From IMG/VR virus record IMGVR_UViG_3300025379_000012, positions 1 through 59,428 of that record: a stretch of DNA of 59,428 nt; one strand, given 5' to 3'. This DNA comes from a virus (Duplodnaviria > Caudoviricetes). Below the pieces are notes generated by a model. It ran no database searches. It was not told the DNA's origin and saw only the letters and a program-made list of their open reading frames with translations. Below, one piece after another: positions 26,453-36,200 of this stretch (position 1 is its first letter; each line of letters begins with the position of its first letter). Made by a program: the position numbers and the translations under genes.

Positions 26453-26620
26453 ATGACTGAAGAGCAAACGTTAATGGATAAATGGCGAGCCCAGGGATGG
26501 GTTCCGCCGTCAGAGTTGCCAGAGTATCAAAAGAAGTTTAAAGAGTCGCAAGAGGCCAACTGGCCACAACCAAAGGAAAAAAAAGATGACAGAGAACAAA
26601 GAGTTGAGTCCACTGGCTAG
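26453..26620 (+). CDS. 55-aa hypothetical protein
   Basis: RBS GGAGG; MTEEQTLMDKWRAQGWVPPSE... Confidence 0.6.
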   Translation: MTEEQTLMDKWRAQGWVPPSELPEYQKKFKESQEANWPQPKEKKDDREQRVESTG

Positions 26621-26843
26621 GCAGTTGCTGGGCACGTCCGGCGCGGTTAAGTTCTTTACGCAACAAGAGTTTGATGCGGCGCTGGCATTAGCTAAGGCTG
26701 AGATCATGACTGTGGCCATTGAGACGACCAAGCGGGCGATCATGATTGAGCGTGAAGAGTGCGCCAAGCTAGCAGATGAATGCGTAGACATCGAGAAGCT
26801 TGGAGAGGCTATTCGCAACCGTATACCAACACAGAGGCAGTAA
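26586..26843 (+). CDS. Hypothetical protein (EREECAK module)
   Basis: ORF track; shared motif. Confidence 0.7.
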   Translation: MTENKELSPLARQLLGTSGAVKFFTQQEFDAALALAKAEIMTVAIETTKRAIMIEREECAKLADECVDIEKLGEAIRNRIPTQRQ

Positions 26844-26964
26844 TGACAGACACTCAATTATTAACGATACTTGGGACTATATGGATAGCACCCCATTTAA
26901 ACAAATACTATGCCCAAATTACTGGTTTAATTTTTTTTATATTTTCTTGTTGTAAAGGATTGGG

Positions 26965-27225
26965 ATGGATATGACACCAGAAGACGAAGAGTTCACAAGG
27001 ATAGAAATGGAATCCAGAATAAAACAAGAGGCAGTTAAGTACACGTTGGCCAAAGAAAATAACTTTAAGGTCTACACGGCTAAGGCATGGATAGGATTGA
27101 CAGAACAAAAGATAGAAGAGATTAAGCATAAGTGCGTGGACAACATGACCTGGGATCTGACGCTGGACGAAACCAAGTTTGCCAGGGCTATTGAGGCCGA
27201 GCTCAAGGAGATAAACGGTGCATGA
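26965..27225 (+). CDS. Hypothetical protein (W.GLT...AIEA.LKE.N module)
   Basis: Shared C-terminal module. Confidence 0.7.
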   Translation: MDMTPEDEEFTRIEMESRIKQEAVKYTLAKENNFKVYTAKAWIGLTEQKIEEIKHKCVDNMTWDLTLDETKFARAIEAELKEINGA

Positions 27226-27526
27226 TAATAAATTGGGTGAGGAATTAATTCACACTTGCACGGCCTGCTCTTGCGAGTTCACGGACGACGAAGGAGGGGC
27301 GGTAGGAGACTTTGGAATACTGCCCATGGCATTTTGCCCCACATGCTTATCTTGTATGTACGACATGTTTGATCAGCAAAAGGAATGGAGTTATTTGATC
27401 AAAGGGGTTCGAGTTGTTGGCGATGATGTTGTGATAACGGTCAAAGGATCTAATGAGAAGATAAGGAACAACAACGCGCGTATGCTTTGCAATGAGCTGG
27501 TAGAGGAAATGAATCGCTGTGATTGA
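27218..27526 (+). CDS. Hypothetical Zn-ribbon protein
   Basis: CTAC...CPTC. Confidence 0.65.
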   Translation: MHDNKLGEELIHTCTACSCEFTDDEGGAVGDFGILPMAFCPTCLSCMYDMFDQQKEWSYLIKGVRVVGDDVVITVKGSNEKIRNNNARMLCNELVEEMNRCD

Positions 27527-27914
27527 CCTGCTGAGCACTACAGACGGCATAGACGAACAATTGCAAAAGCAGTTGCACTTAATCGCCGCTGTCATTGCAA
27601 AGGCTATTGAGGACATATGCGTGACACCATCTAGCGAGGAGCTTAGGTACCGGTGTAATCTGAACTATCACGCAGTTGATGCGCTTAATTTCTTTTACGG
27701 TGAAAAGTCTATGTTTAGAACGTATGCGGTGATGGTGGGAATAGATCCAGAGATCTTTGTAGAGGCCATGGAGCGGCGCGAGTATGAGCACCACACGAAC
27801 AAGAAGGGCAACAACCCATGGTTCACCCATACAGACGTCAAAGCAATGCGTATGAGGATTAGTTGGTGGATTAACAGCCCAGTGCAGAGTCAGCAACTGG
27901 AATTTGATTTTTAA
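27519..27914 (+). CDS. Hypothetical protein
   Basis: 131-aa coupled ORF. Confidence 0.65.
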   Translation: MIDLLSTTDGIDEQLQKQLHLIAAVIAKAIEDICVTPSSEELRYRCNLNYHAVDALNFFYGEKSMFRTYAVMVGIDPEIFVEAMERREYEHHTNKKGNNPWFTHTDVKAMRMRISWWINSPVQSQQLEFDF

Positions 27915-28034
27915 AGGATGTTTATGCTTATCAATGTAATGTGGATTATTGCTCTTATGGCAATCGGAGCAGTTGTAATACTTATGGTAACAATTGCATT
28001 CTTGAAAATATTTACCAACGATGATGATTAAAGC

Positions 28035-28064
28035 TTTAATATTTTGTTATACTAACTGTACTGC
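28035..28064 (+). promoter_or_regulatory. Operator/extended -10 promoter copy
   Basis: TTTAATATTTTGTTATACTAACTGTACTGC. Confidence 0.7.
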
Positions 28065-28092
28065 GACGTTGCAGTGTTAACTGGAGATCAAC

Positions 28093-28353
28093 ATGAATGA
28101 ATTTCAAACTATGGACACACTGGTAAAACAATTCTTTGGACAGGCGCCCTTCAAGCCCTCTCCAGTAGCGTACTGCGATTACATTGCAGAGATGATTAAG
28201 ATGGGTTTACCAGGCGACACAGGCGGCGAAGTAACAACTGGCCGCGTAAGATCTGATCTACATCCACACGAAGGATATTTACTCAGCACAAAGAAAACGA
28301 TTGAGGCTGAGTACTTGGGTAAGAAGTACAAGATCACGGTAGAAGAGGCTTAA
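28093..28353 (+). CDS. Hypothetical early protein
   Basis: RBS GGAG downstream of the promoter. Confidence 0.7.
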   Translation: MNEFQTMDTLVKQFFGQAPFKPSPVAYCDYIAEMIKMGLPGDTGGEVTTGRVRSDLHPHEGYLLSTKKTIEAEYLGKKYKITVEEA

Positions 28354-28366
28354 AGGAGCGCAACAC

Positions 28367-28606
28367 ATGAGTTGGGAGCCTACAAAAGTCGTTTGCAAGT
28401 GTGGATCATCTTTGATTAGTAGATGGACTAGCGAAATCAACGAATGGCAAAATCTTCATAAAGTTTGCCTAAACACCGTATCACCAATCAAAGAATGGGT
28501 AGGGTTAACTAAAGAAGATATTGATGAAATAATTATTAACTCTAAAAATTCTGAGCCATACTTTAAAGCAATAGAAGCTAAATTAAAGGAAAAGAATGAA
28601 ACATAA
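28367..28606 (+). CDS. Hypothetical protein (EWVGLT module)
   Basis: RBS AAGGAG; shared module. Confidence 0.7.
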   Translation: MSWEPTKVVCKCGSSLISRWTSEINEWQNLHKVCLNTVSPIKEWVGLTKEDIDEIIINSKNSEPYFKAIEAKLKEKNET

Positions 28607-29003
28607 ACACGCAGATTTAATTCACGCATGGGCAGATGGTGCTGAAATTCAGTATAGACCAGTTCCTGAATACGGAGAATGGAAAGATGAACCACGGCAT
28701 TTAATTTGGGATAATCTTGCTGAATACAGAATAAAACCAGAGCAGGATGGTAGCCTCATCAATGAGGGAACCAAAACCAAGCAAGGTAAGCCTGTGGGCA
28801 AGTTTGCAAAGTTTACTGATGGCATTTGGCGAGAAGTTACAGACGGATCTGCCGGAGTTTTTCTCTATACTCATCCTAAAGAATGGGTAGGGTTGACTGA
28901 TGATCAAATGAGGGCAATCGCTGAGTGGCAGTTAAGCGCCCACAGACCTTTAATTGATGTCATAAAGGCGGTGGAGCAGGCATTGAAGGAGAAAAATACA
29001 TGA
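28596..29003 (+). CDS. Modular hypothetical protein (KHADLI.AWADGAEIQ + EWVGLT modules)
   Basis: Common phage N-terminal module plus the shared C module. Confidence 0.7.
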   Translation: MKHKHADLIHAWADGAEIQYRPVPEYGEWKDEPRHLIWDNLAEYRIKPEQDGSLINEGTKTKQGKPVGKFAKFTDGIWREVTDGSAGVFLYTHPKEWVGLTDDQMRAIAEWQLSAHRPLIDVIKAVEQALKEKNT

Positions 29004-29212
29004 TCGAGTTTGACTTTGAAGGACATGCCAAATCTCAAATTGATAAAGGATTAGGCTACTTGGAAGGTTTTAGTAAAGGCTATCACCAAGCTAAATCAGA
29101 ATGGGTAGGGTTAACTAATAATGAGCTTGTTGATTTAGCAATAAAAAACGCAGGTTTTCCAATTTTGTTAGCAGAAGCAATAGAAGCTAAATTAAAGCAT
29201 AGAAATACATGA
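29000..29212 (+). CDS. Hypothetical protein (EWVGLT module)
   Basis: Shared module; ATGA overlap. Confidence 0.7.
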   Translation: MIEFDFEGHAKSQIDKGLGYLEGFSKGYHQAKSEWVGLTNNELVDLAIKNAGFPILLAEAIEAKLKHRNT

Positions 29213-29415
29213 ATAGAAGACTAACACCAACAACACAACTTAGGTGGGTAGACCGCCATATTACTTATTTGAGTGGATATGATTACATACACGCAGATAT
29301 AGAAGTTCTAGAGCAATGGCATCAAAACGAAGTGCTGACCGAGACACATGGTTGGCAACCAGTTGAAGGCGGCGAATGGAAAGAAATAAAGAAGGAAAAA
29401 AATGGTAACAGCTAA
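29209..29415 (+). CDS. Hypothetical protein
   Basis: LRWV.R...LEQW...GEW. Confidence 0.65.
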   Translation: MNRRLTPTTQLRWVDRHITYLSGYDYIHADIEVLEQWHQNEVLTETHGWQPVEGGEWKEIKKEKNGNS

Positions 29416-29653
29416 AAAGACAGTAAAGAACACACCTAAGCCGCTGGCAAAAAAAGCCAAGAGCACCGCGATTGAATCGCACTCAAGGGAAGAGTTCAGA
29501 ATGCCCGTAGAGGTCAAAGAATGGATAGACCAGGCATCCAGCAGAATGAATCACATGCGCACAGAGATAGAGAGGCTCAAGGAAGAGAACAAAGCCCTGC
29601 GCCGCGCAAATAAAGCCATGGAGACACGCGTAATGGGTGTGAGCTTTGAATAA
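29402..29653 (+). CDS. Hypothetical coiled-coil protein
   Basis: ORF track; carries palindrome copy 5. Confidence 0.65.
   Translation: MVTAKKTVKNTPKPLAKKAKSTAIESHSREEFRMPVEVKEWIDQASSRMNHMRTEIERLKEENKALRRANKAMETRVMGVSFE
29467..29481. repeat. Dispersed palindrome copy 5 (CGCGATTGAATCGCA, 1 mismatch)
   Basis: Read directly from sequence. Confidence 0.85.
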
Positions 29654-29831
29654 CTTAGATAAGTTCGAACAGCTTCAAAGCTTAATGATGGGCTATGAGT
29701 GGGCGACCATACATTGGAACAAAGACAGCAAATCATGGGTTTTCATCATCATGGACGACGACCGTGAAAATTGCATAATCACCACAAATCTAGACAACAC
29801 GATTAAGATTTTGTTAAACTCAGACTTATAA
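29646..29831 (+). CDS. Hypothetical protein
   Basis: 61-aa ORF, TTG start. Confidence 0.45.
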   Translation: MNNLDKFEQLQSLMMGYEWATIHWNKDSKSWVFIIMDDDRENCIITTNLDNTIKILLNSDL

Positions 29832-29938
29832 GCACTGAAATGAATGTGCGATAAAGGACTGAAATATGACCACACATAAAAACAAGTTAGTACACGCTAA
29901 CAAACAAATAAACAATTTGAATTTATTGGGAGCAGATT

Positions 29939-30289
29939 ATGAATGCTCCTAAGAAGGGTGCTGGAAGGCCTATGGGAAGCCCCAATAAGGCCACAGCGGA
30001 CGCTAGACAGGCCATAGCCTCATTTGTTGATGGAAACGCTCACAGGCTCACTACGTGGCTCGACCAGGTTGCGGCAGGTGTAGAGAATGATGACGGTACT
30101 TATGCTGTGCCGCCTAATCCGGCTAAGGCGTTTGATATGTTTCAAAGCGTAGTGGAGTATCACATTCCAAAGCTGGCCAGAATGGAGCACTCAGGCAGTG
30201 ATTCGAGCCCAGTGGTGATTGAGCACAATATTGATGTGTTCGGCGAGTTGCTTAAGAATATTAAAATGAAACGCCAGAGCGGCGAATGA
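29939..30289 (+). CDS. terS: Terminase small subunit
   Basis: GRP.GSPNKAT N-terminus, EYHIPKLAR.E; directly upstream of terL. Confidence 0.75.
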   Translation: MNAPKKGAGRPMGSPNKATADARQAIASFVDGNAHRLTTWLDQVAAGVENDDGTYAVPPNPAKAFDMFQSVVEYHIPKLARMEHSGSDSSPVVIEHNIDVFGELLKNIKMKRQSGE

Positions 30290-31716
30290 GCGTACTAGAA
30301 GCAATCCTAGAGGATCCAAAGATCCAGGAAGAGTTCGCTAAAAAGAATCCAATTGAGCAGGCTGTAATCAATTGGCAGTTGCGTTGGTTACACGTTGAGG
30401 CGCACAAACATCAGATCGAACCGTCGGGCGATTGGTGGAACATATGGCTGATGCTTGCAGGCCGTGGAGCGGGTAAGACTAGAGCGGCGGCGGAGACTCT
30501 GGCCAATTGGGCGTGGGAGCAACCTGGTACACGTTGGCTGGTATCTGCACCGACCAGTGGAGACTTGAAGGGCACATGCTTTGAGGGTGACTCAGGACTA
30601 CTGAAGGTCATACCGACGGCTCTGGTAGAGAAGTACAACTCTAGCCTGCATGAGATACATCTAAAGAACGGCTCATTCATCAAGGGCATACCGGCCTCCG
30701 AGCCTGAGCGCTTCAGGGGGCCACAGTTCCATGGTGGATGGTTAGACGAGTTGGCGGCGTGGGAGTACTTGCAAGACTCTTGGGACATGATCCAATTCGG
30801 TATACGTTTGGGTTCTAGGACCAAGCTCATATGCTCCACAACGCCTAAGCCTAAAGATGTGGTGCTGGATCTGATAGCCAGAGAAGGCGATGATGTAGTC
30901 ATTACCCGCGCCAGTACGTACAGCAACATTAAGAACCTGGCGCCGAGCTTTCAAAAGCAGATCTTACAGTATGAGGGGACGAACCTAGGACGCCAGGAAA
31001 TCCACGCTGAGATCATCGATCCAGAGGAAGGCGGCATTGTTAAGCGCGATTGGTTCAGACTCTGGCCAGACGGTAAGCCCTTCCCTAAGTTCGAGTACAT
31101 TATCCAGTCATATGATTGCGGCTTCAAAGACGGCCATGAGAATGACCCAACTGGATCTATTACGCTGGCTGTGTTCAAGCCACTGGATGGTGGCATGTGC
31201 GTGATGGTGGCTGACTGCTGGCAAGATAAGCTTCAGTACCCTGACCTGCGCCCCAAAGTGATCGATGAGTATGACGTGGTTTACGGTGAAGGACGGGAAA
31301 AGAAACGAGTTGACCTGATACTGGTGGAGGATAAAGCGGCGGGTATCAGCTTGATCCAGGACTTACAGAGGGCTCACCTGCCGGTGATTGGTTATAACCC
31401 AGGACGGGCGGATAAGACACAGCGGCTGTCGATTGTGGCCAACATCATTCGAGCAGGCCGAGTGTGGGTGCCGGAGCACAGTAAGCGCAAGGGATACGTC
31501 AGGGACTGGGCTGAAGGGATGGTGAGCCAGATCTGTAGTTTCCCTGAGACGGCGCACGATGAGTTTGTGGACTGTATCAGCCAGGGCTTAAGATACTTGA
31601 GGGATGCAGGCTGGATCAGTATTGACCCACCACCGCGGGATGAGTACGACCCAGAGGATGCTATAGATGCGATGGAGTTCAATAAGAAACAACGAGGCAA
31701 TCCATATGGCGCATAA
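30286..31716 (+). CDS. terL: Terminase large subunit
   Basis: AGRGAGKT Walker A, WLDELAAW Walker B, QSYD nuclease, VEDKAAG, HDEFVD. Confidence 0.95.
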   Translation: MSVLEAILEDPKIQEEFAKKNPIEQAVINWQLRWLHVEAHKHQIEPSGDWWNIWLMLAGRGAGKTRAAAETLANWAWEQPGTRWLVSAPTSGDLKGTCFEGDSGLLKVIPTALVEKYNSSLHEIHLKNGSFIKGIPASEPERFRGPQFHGGWLDELAAWEYLQDSWDMIQFGIRLGSRTKLICSTTPKPKDVVLDLIAREGDDVVITRASTYSNIKNLAPSFQKQILQYEGTNLGRQEIHAEIIDPEEGGIVKRDWFRLWPDGKPFPKFEYIIQSYDCGFKDGHENDPTGSITLAVFKPLDGGMCVMVADCWQDKLQYPDLRPKVIDEYDVVYGEGREKKRVDLILVEDKAAGISLIQDLQRAHLPVIGYNPGRADKTQRLSIVANIIRAGRVWVPEHSKRKGYVRDWAEGMVSQICSFPETAHDEFVDCISQGLRYLRDAGWISIDPPPRDEYDPEDAIDAMEFNKKQRGNPYGA

Positions 31717-31717
31717 A

Positions 31718-31732
31718 CGCGATTCAATCGCG
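31718..31732. repeat. Dispersed palindrome copy 6 (intergenic, just after the terL stop)
   Basis: Read directly from sequence. Confidence 0.95.
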
Positions 31733-31772
31733 GTCGGTAGACTTCGCCAGTGGCCACAGGCATAATCTAGGC

Positions 31773-33260
31773 ATGAACAAGCCCAACATTGACCAGATGA
31801 GATTGGCGCTCCTAAACAAAGGGGGCATCGTATCTCTACTCCGTAAGCATGGACGCCCAGCAGAGAGCGACCTAGATGCAATGAGGAAGCTGAGCAACGG
31901 ACACAGGGTGTTTGTAGCGCACGAGCAAGACGAGGCACCTAGAGAGATTAAGTCAGTCAGTGAGATGCATGGCTACACGCCTGACCAGATATACACGGTC
32001 GCACCGCATCACGAAGCCAAGGGCGGCTCTGCGCACATGAACAATGGTGGTGGGCTTGAGAAGTTCCTGAAGAAAAGCAAGATCAAACAACGCGTGTATC
32101 ACGGCACTGGCGCAAACGTCATGGACTTCAAGCCATCACGAATGGGCGCAATGGGGCCAGGTGTTTATGTCACTACCGATCCAGAGGTTGCGTCTGGCTA
32201 TGCCAACGTCGTCAACAATGGACGAGAGCAAAACAATCCAAACGTGTTGCCTTTGCACATTCAAGCCCGTAACCCATTCACGATCAGCCATGTAAACAAG
32301 TCGCATGATGAGCTGTTCAAGCATTTTGATCCAGAAGGCAAATTGACTGATGAGCAAGTAATTAAGTTGGTCAAGAAGGCTGGCCATGATGCGATTCATG
32401 CAATTGAAAGCGGAGAAATCAATATGCTTGATTCGCGCCGCATCAAATCAGCCATCGGCAACCGTGGCACCTACGACACCAACGAACACGACATCATCAA
32501 AGCCGATGGCGGCCAGGTAGACATGGACAGGATGCGCCTTGAGCTGATGAACAAGGGTGGATTGTCCAAGCAAGAGCGCAGGGCTAACCGCAAGAAATTT
32601 ATGGAGCCAAGCAAAGACAAGCGCCGCTTTTATCATGGATCTAAAGAGCCAAACATTGTTGAGTTCAAAACCAGAAAGCAAATTGCTGATGAGAACTATC
32701 CAGATGATCCATCAAATGATTACAGGGATGAGCGCAACGCGGTGTTCCTGTCGCCTGATCCAAAGTTCACTCGCCACTTCTCGGTAGAAGGGTACACCGA
32801 CACTGGGCAAGCACCTACAACGTACCCAGTGCATGTGCAAGCAAGGAACCCATTTGACTTTGATAATCCAAAGCATCGTGAAAACCTGTGGAAAACATAT
32901 CACGACATTTATTACAACCCTGAGTCTGAGTTGTATGCGCACGGGCCGCATGACACAGCCAGCGAGAAGACTCTTGCTGAGATGCGAATGAAAAAGAGAA
33001 TTTATGAATCGCATAAAGATGAAAACAATTGGCCGTTGTTTGAGAACCCTAACGTTCAAGAAGCAATACAAGACATGGGGCACGATTCGTTCTACATCAA
33101 AGAACGCGGAACCAAAAACCTTGGCGTGTACGATCCAAGAAGGATCAAGTCAGCCATTGGTAACCGTGGTACATACGACATCAATGAACCAGACATTAAC
33201 AAGAAGAACGGCGGCATCACCCACGCCCACCACCTAGATATAGAAGAGCGACCACTATGA
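31773..33260 (+). CDS. Polyvalent-type protein with two tandem ADP-ribosyltransferase-like (ART-PolyVal-like) domains
   Basis: Twice: YHG[TS]...F...[VY/VF].[TS].DP...P.H.QARNPF...GHD...RRIKSAIGNRGTYD.NE.DI. Confidence 0.65.
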   Translation: MNKPNIDQMRLALLNKGGIVSLLRKHGRPAESDLDAMRKLSNGHRVFVAHEQDEAPREIKSVSEMHGYTPDQIYTVAPHHEAKGGSAHMNNGGGLEKFLKKSKIKQRVYHGTGANVMDFKPSRMGAMGPGVYVTTDPEVASGYANVVNNGREQNNPNVLPLHIQARNPFTISHVNKSHDELFKHFDPEGKLTDEQVIKLVKKAGHDAIHAIESGEINMLDSRRIKSAIGNRGTYDTNEHDIIKADGGQVDMDRMRLELMNKGGLSKQERRANRKKFMEPSKDKRRFYHGSKEPNIVEFKTRKQIADENYPDDPSNDYRDERNAVFLSPDPKFTRHFSVEGYTDTGQAPTTYPVHVQARNPFDFDNPKHRENLWKTYHDIYYNPESELYAHGPHDTASEKTLAEMRMKKRIYESHKDENNWPLFENPNVQEAIQDMGHDSFYIKERGTKNLGVYDPRRIKSAIGNRGTYDINEPDINKKNGGITHAHHLDIEERPL

Positions 33261-36200
33261 AAGAACTTGTAGGAAAAGGTAAACCTTTTTACTCGGCACT
33301 TGATCGGGCGTTAGAAACATTGCCAGAGAAGGCTAGTCCTGAGCAAATTGTCAATCATCTAATTAAGATGGGTGTTAAGCCACAAGAGATAATAGATCGT
33401 CGAATGGACAAAGAAGTTGGTGCGCCGTTGATACCGCGTGAGCGCACAGTTAAGCTTAAGAAGCCTGACGATAAGGGGCGAACAGAAATCGTTGAGCCTT
33501 ACTTTGAGACAACAAGAGTTAGTGGTGCCAAGGCTATACCGCGCAAAGTAGTTTCTGAACTGGCACAAAAGAACCCAATGGTTGCACCAGTTGAGAAGGT
33601 GCTTGGCAAGATGAGCGATTCCGAGTTCTTACAAAGAGCTAATGACATAGCCGAACAGAATTTTGGCGTGCCCTACGGCCAGTTAGATCATGAGAAGCAA
33701 AGTTCAATTGAAGGCTACATAGATGAGGATACATCTTATCATCGAGCATACACATTACCTGGTGGTGAGAACTACCGTGAGATGTTGATTAAGGCTCCGA
33801 AAGGCGGAGAGGAGTTTCCTGGCGTATCAAATCACTTTGGTGGTGAACCTGGCATCCTTGCAAGTATGCGATTAAAAGATCGTATTGGCCCTAATGGTGA
33901 GAAGCTTTTACACCTAGAGGAGTTGCAGTCTGACTGGCATCAGCAAGGGCGTGAGGTTGGATATAAACGACCTAATACGGGTGGTTTGCCTGAACTTAAA
34001 GAGGGTTGGAAATATGAAGATTTCAATGGAAAGATTGGAATTCGTGATCCTCGTGGAATACTTGCGGTAGCAGTTGAAAAACCTGAAGATGCTATTCGTT
34101 ACATAAGAGAAAACGGTTGGGCAAAACCAAACTCAGGCGTACCTGATGCCCCATTCAAAAAGAACTGGGAAGAGATGGCGCTCAAGCGATTGATTCATCA
34201 TGCCGCTGAGAAGGGTTACCACGGCATTGTTGTGACGCCAGGCCATGAGCAGGCAGACCGTTACAGCTTGGCCAAACACATCAATGAACTTCATTTATCT
34301 GGCACAAACTTAGTTGCATACGATCACAATGGCAATGAAGTCATTAAAAAAACTGGCGTCACTTCACAAGAGTTGCCATCGCTTGTTGGCAAAGAAACGG
34401 CAGAAAAATTGATGGCACAACAGCCGCAGGGTACTTTACGTTCATTGACTGGTCAAAACCTTGAAGTCGGTGGCGAAGGCATGAAGGGCTTTTACGACAA
34501 AAAGGTGCCTAACATCCTCAACAGCATCGGCAAGAAGTACGGTGTGAAAACGCAGTTGCATGCACATCCAATCAAAACTGAGCGTGAGCAAATGGTTCCT
34601 GACAATGCTGGCCTCGGAATGATTCGATCAGGCAAACCTGAGTATGCTCATGCACATCATTTCCCCATAACAGAAGAGATGCGCAAAGATGTATTGACTA
34701 ATGGCCTGCCCTTGTATGCTGAAGGTGGTGGTGTTCCTAGCCAGCATAGGGCACAATTCGAGAAGACGTTAGCAGACCTTAAGATAAGGACTGAGCTTAA
34801 TAAAAAGTACAACGACTTGTACGAAAAAAAGCGCGTAGAAAATCAACCGACTATTCAAGAGTTCTATGCTATGCATGGAATACAACACAAAGCCGAAGGA
34901 GGCGCCGTGCAACCATCCCTTAACCATATGCGCATGGCGCTAATGACCGGCGGTAAGATACCGTACACAGACATATCTAACATAGGCGCAGACGAAGCAC
35001 CTAGCATGGGCGTTAAGGCGTTTATTAATCCTAATGAGCGCAACAACATGGGACCTGGTGGCGTACAGTTACCAACTGGTGGGATCGATATGAACCCGCA
35101 ACAGCCTGGCCAACAGTTAATGCCACAGCAACCACAACAACAACCGCAAGGACAGCCCTCCCCGCTCAGCGCAGGAGCATCTAGCCCATTACAGCAACCA
35201 CCTAGCAACATATTGCAGATGACACCGCAAGGTCAGGCGATGAATGCTATGACACCTCCTAAGCAGATGGCTGAAGGCGGTGAAGTTGAACATATGGCCA
35301 ATGGCGGCTACATGACGCCAGAAGATCACTATCATCAATTGTTGATGCGTCATTACATGGGAGACAAGCTTAGCAAGGCGGATAACATAGCTTTGGGTTT
35401 GTATCACCGAGTAGGTGGTGGAAAGAAATTAAACAAGCCAATAGGTGAATATCAGTTTAATGTTGCGCCTAATCTTAATGTGAACATGGCTCCTGAAAAA
35501 ATAATTACTCCAGAAGATTTGTTTGGAGGCCATGGCATGCCATTTATTGGCGACTCTTCAATGGCTGGAAGAATTATTACTGGTGCGGAAGGGCATCAGT
35601 TTGATCAACCCGTGGAGGTTGAAGGCGGTCATGATTACATGCGTGCCAATGCCTTACATAAAGATAAGTCTAAGCGTGCCATATGGGCAAGCGCTCCAGG
35701 CAAGATTAAACATTTAACCCAGAAAGCTGAAAGGCTAAAGACCAAAGGACCCGTATATGGCATACATACTGGTATGTCTCCTACTGGCGTAGATTTTTCT
35801 CACATGCCTGCTGAAGTCTTGGGAGAGATGGTTAAGAAATCAAAGATAACCAAAAAATCTGAAAAAGAATTTAACAAAGAAATGAGCGCCAGGTTTAAAG
35901 ACTTTCCTGGATTGATGCACGAGGACTTGCATGAAATGCTCAGAGCACCAGGATCTGGTGAATTACGCAAGCATTTTGTAAAGCGTATGGCGACAGATAA
36001 ATATCAGAATGCAGGATTTCCAGAAATTGCAATGGCTAGATTGGCCGTACAGCATCCTAACTTAATGCAACATGATGAACCAGGCAAAGAGTATGTTGGA
36101 TCTAGTATTGGTAGATTTAATCCTAACTATAGTCTTGTAGACAATCCAGTTAATCCACATCATTCATATCCAGCCGTAATTGGCGGTGAATACGTTGGTG

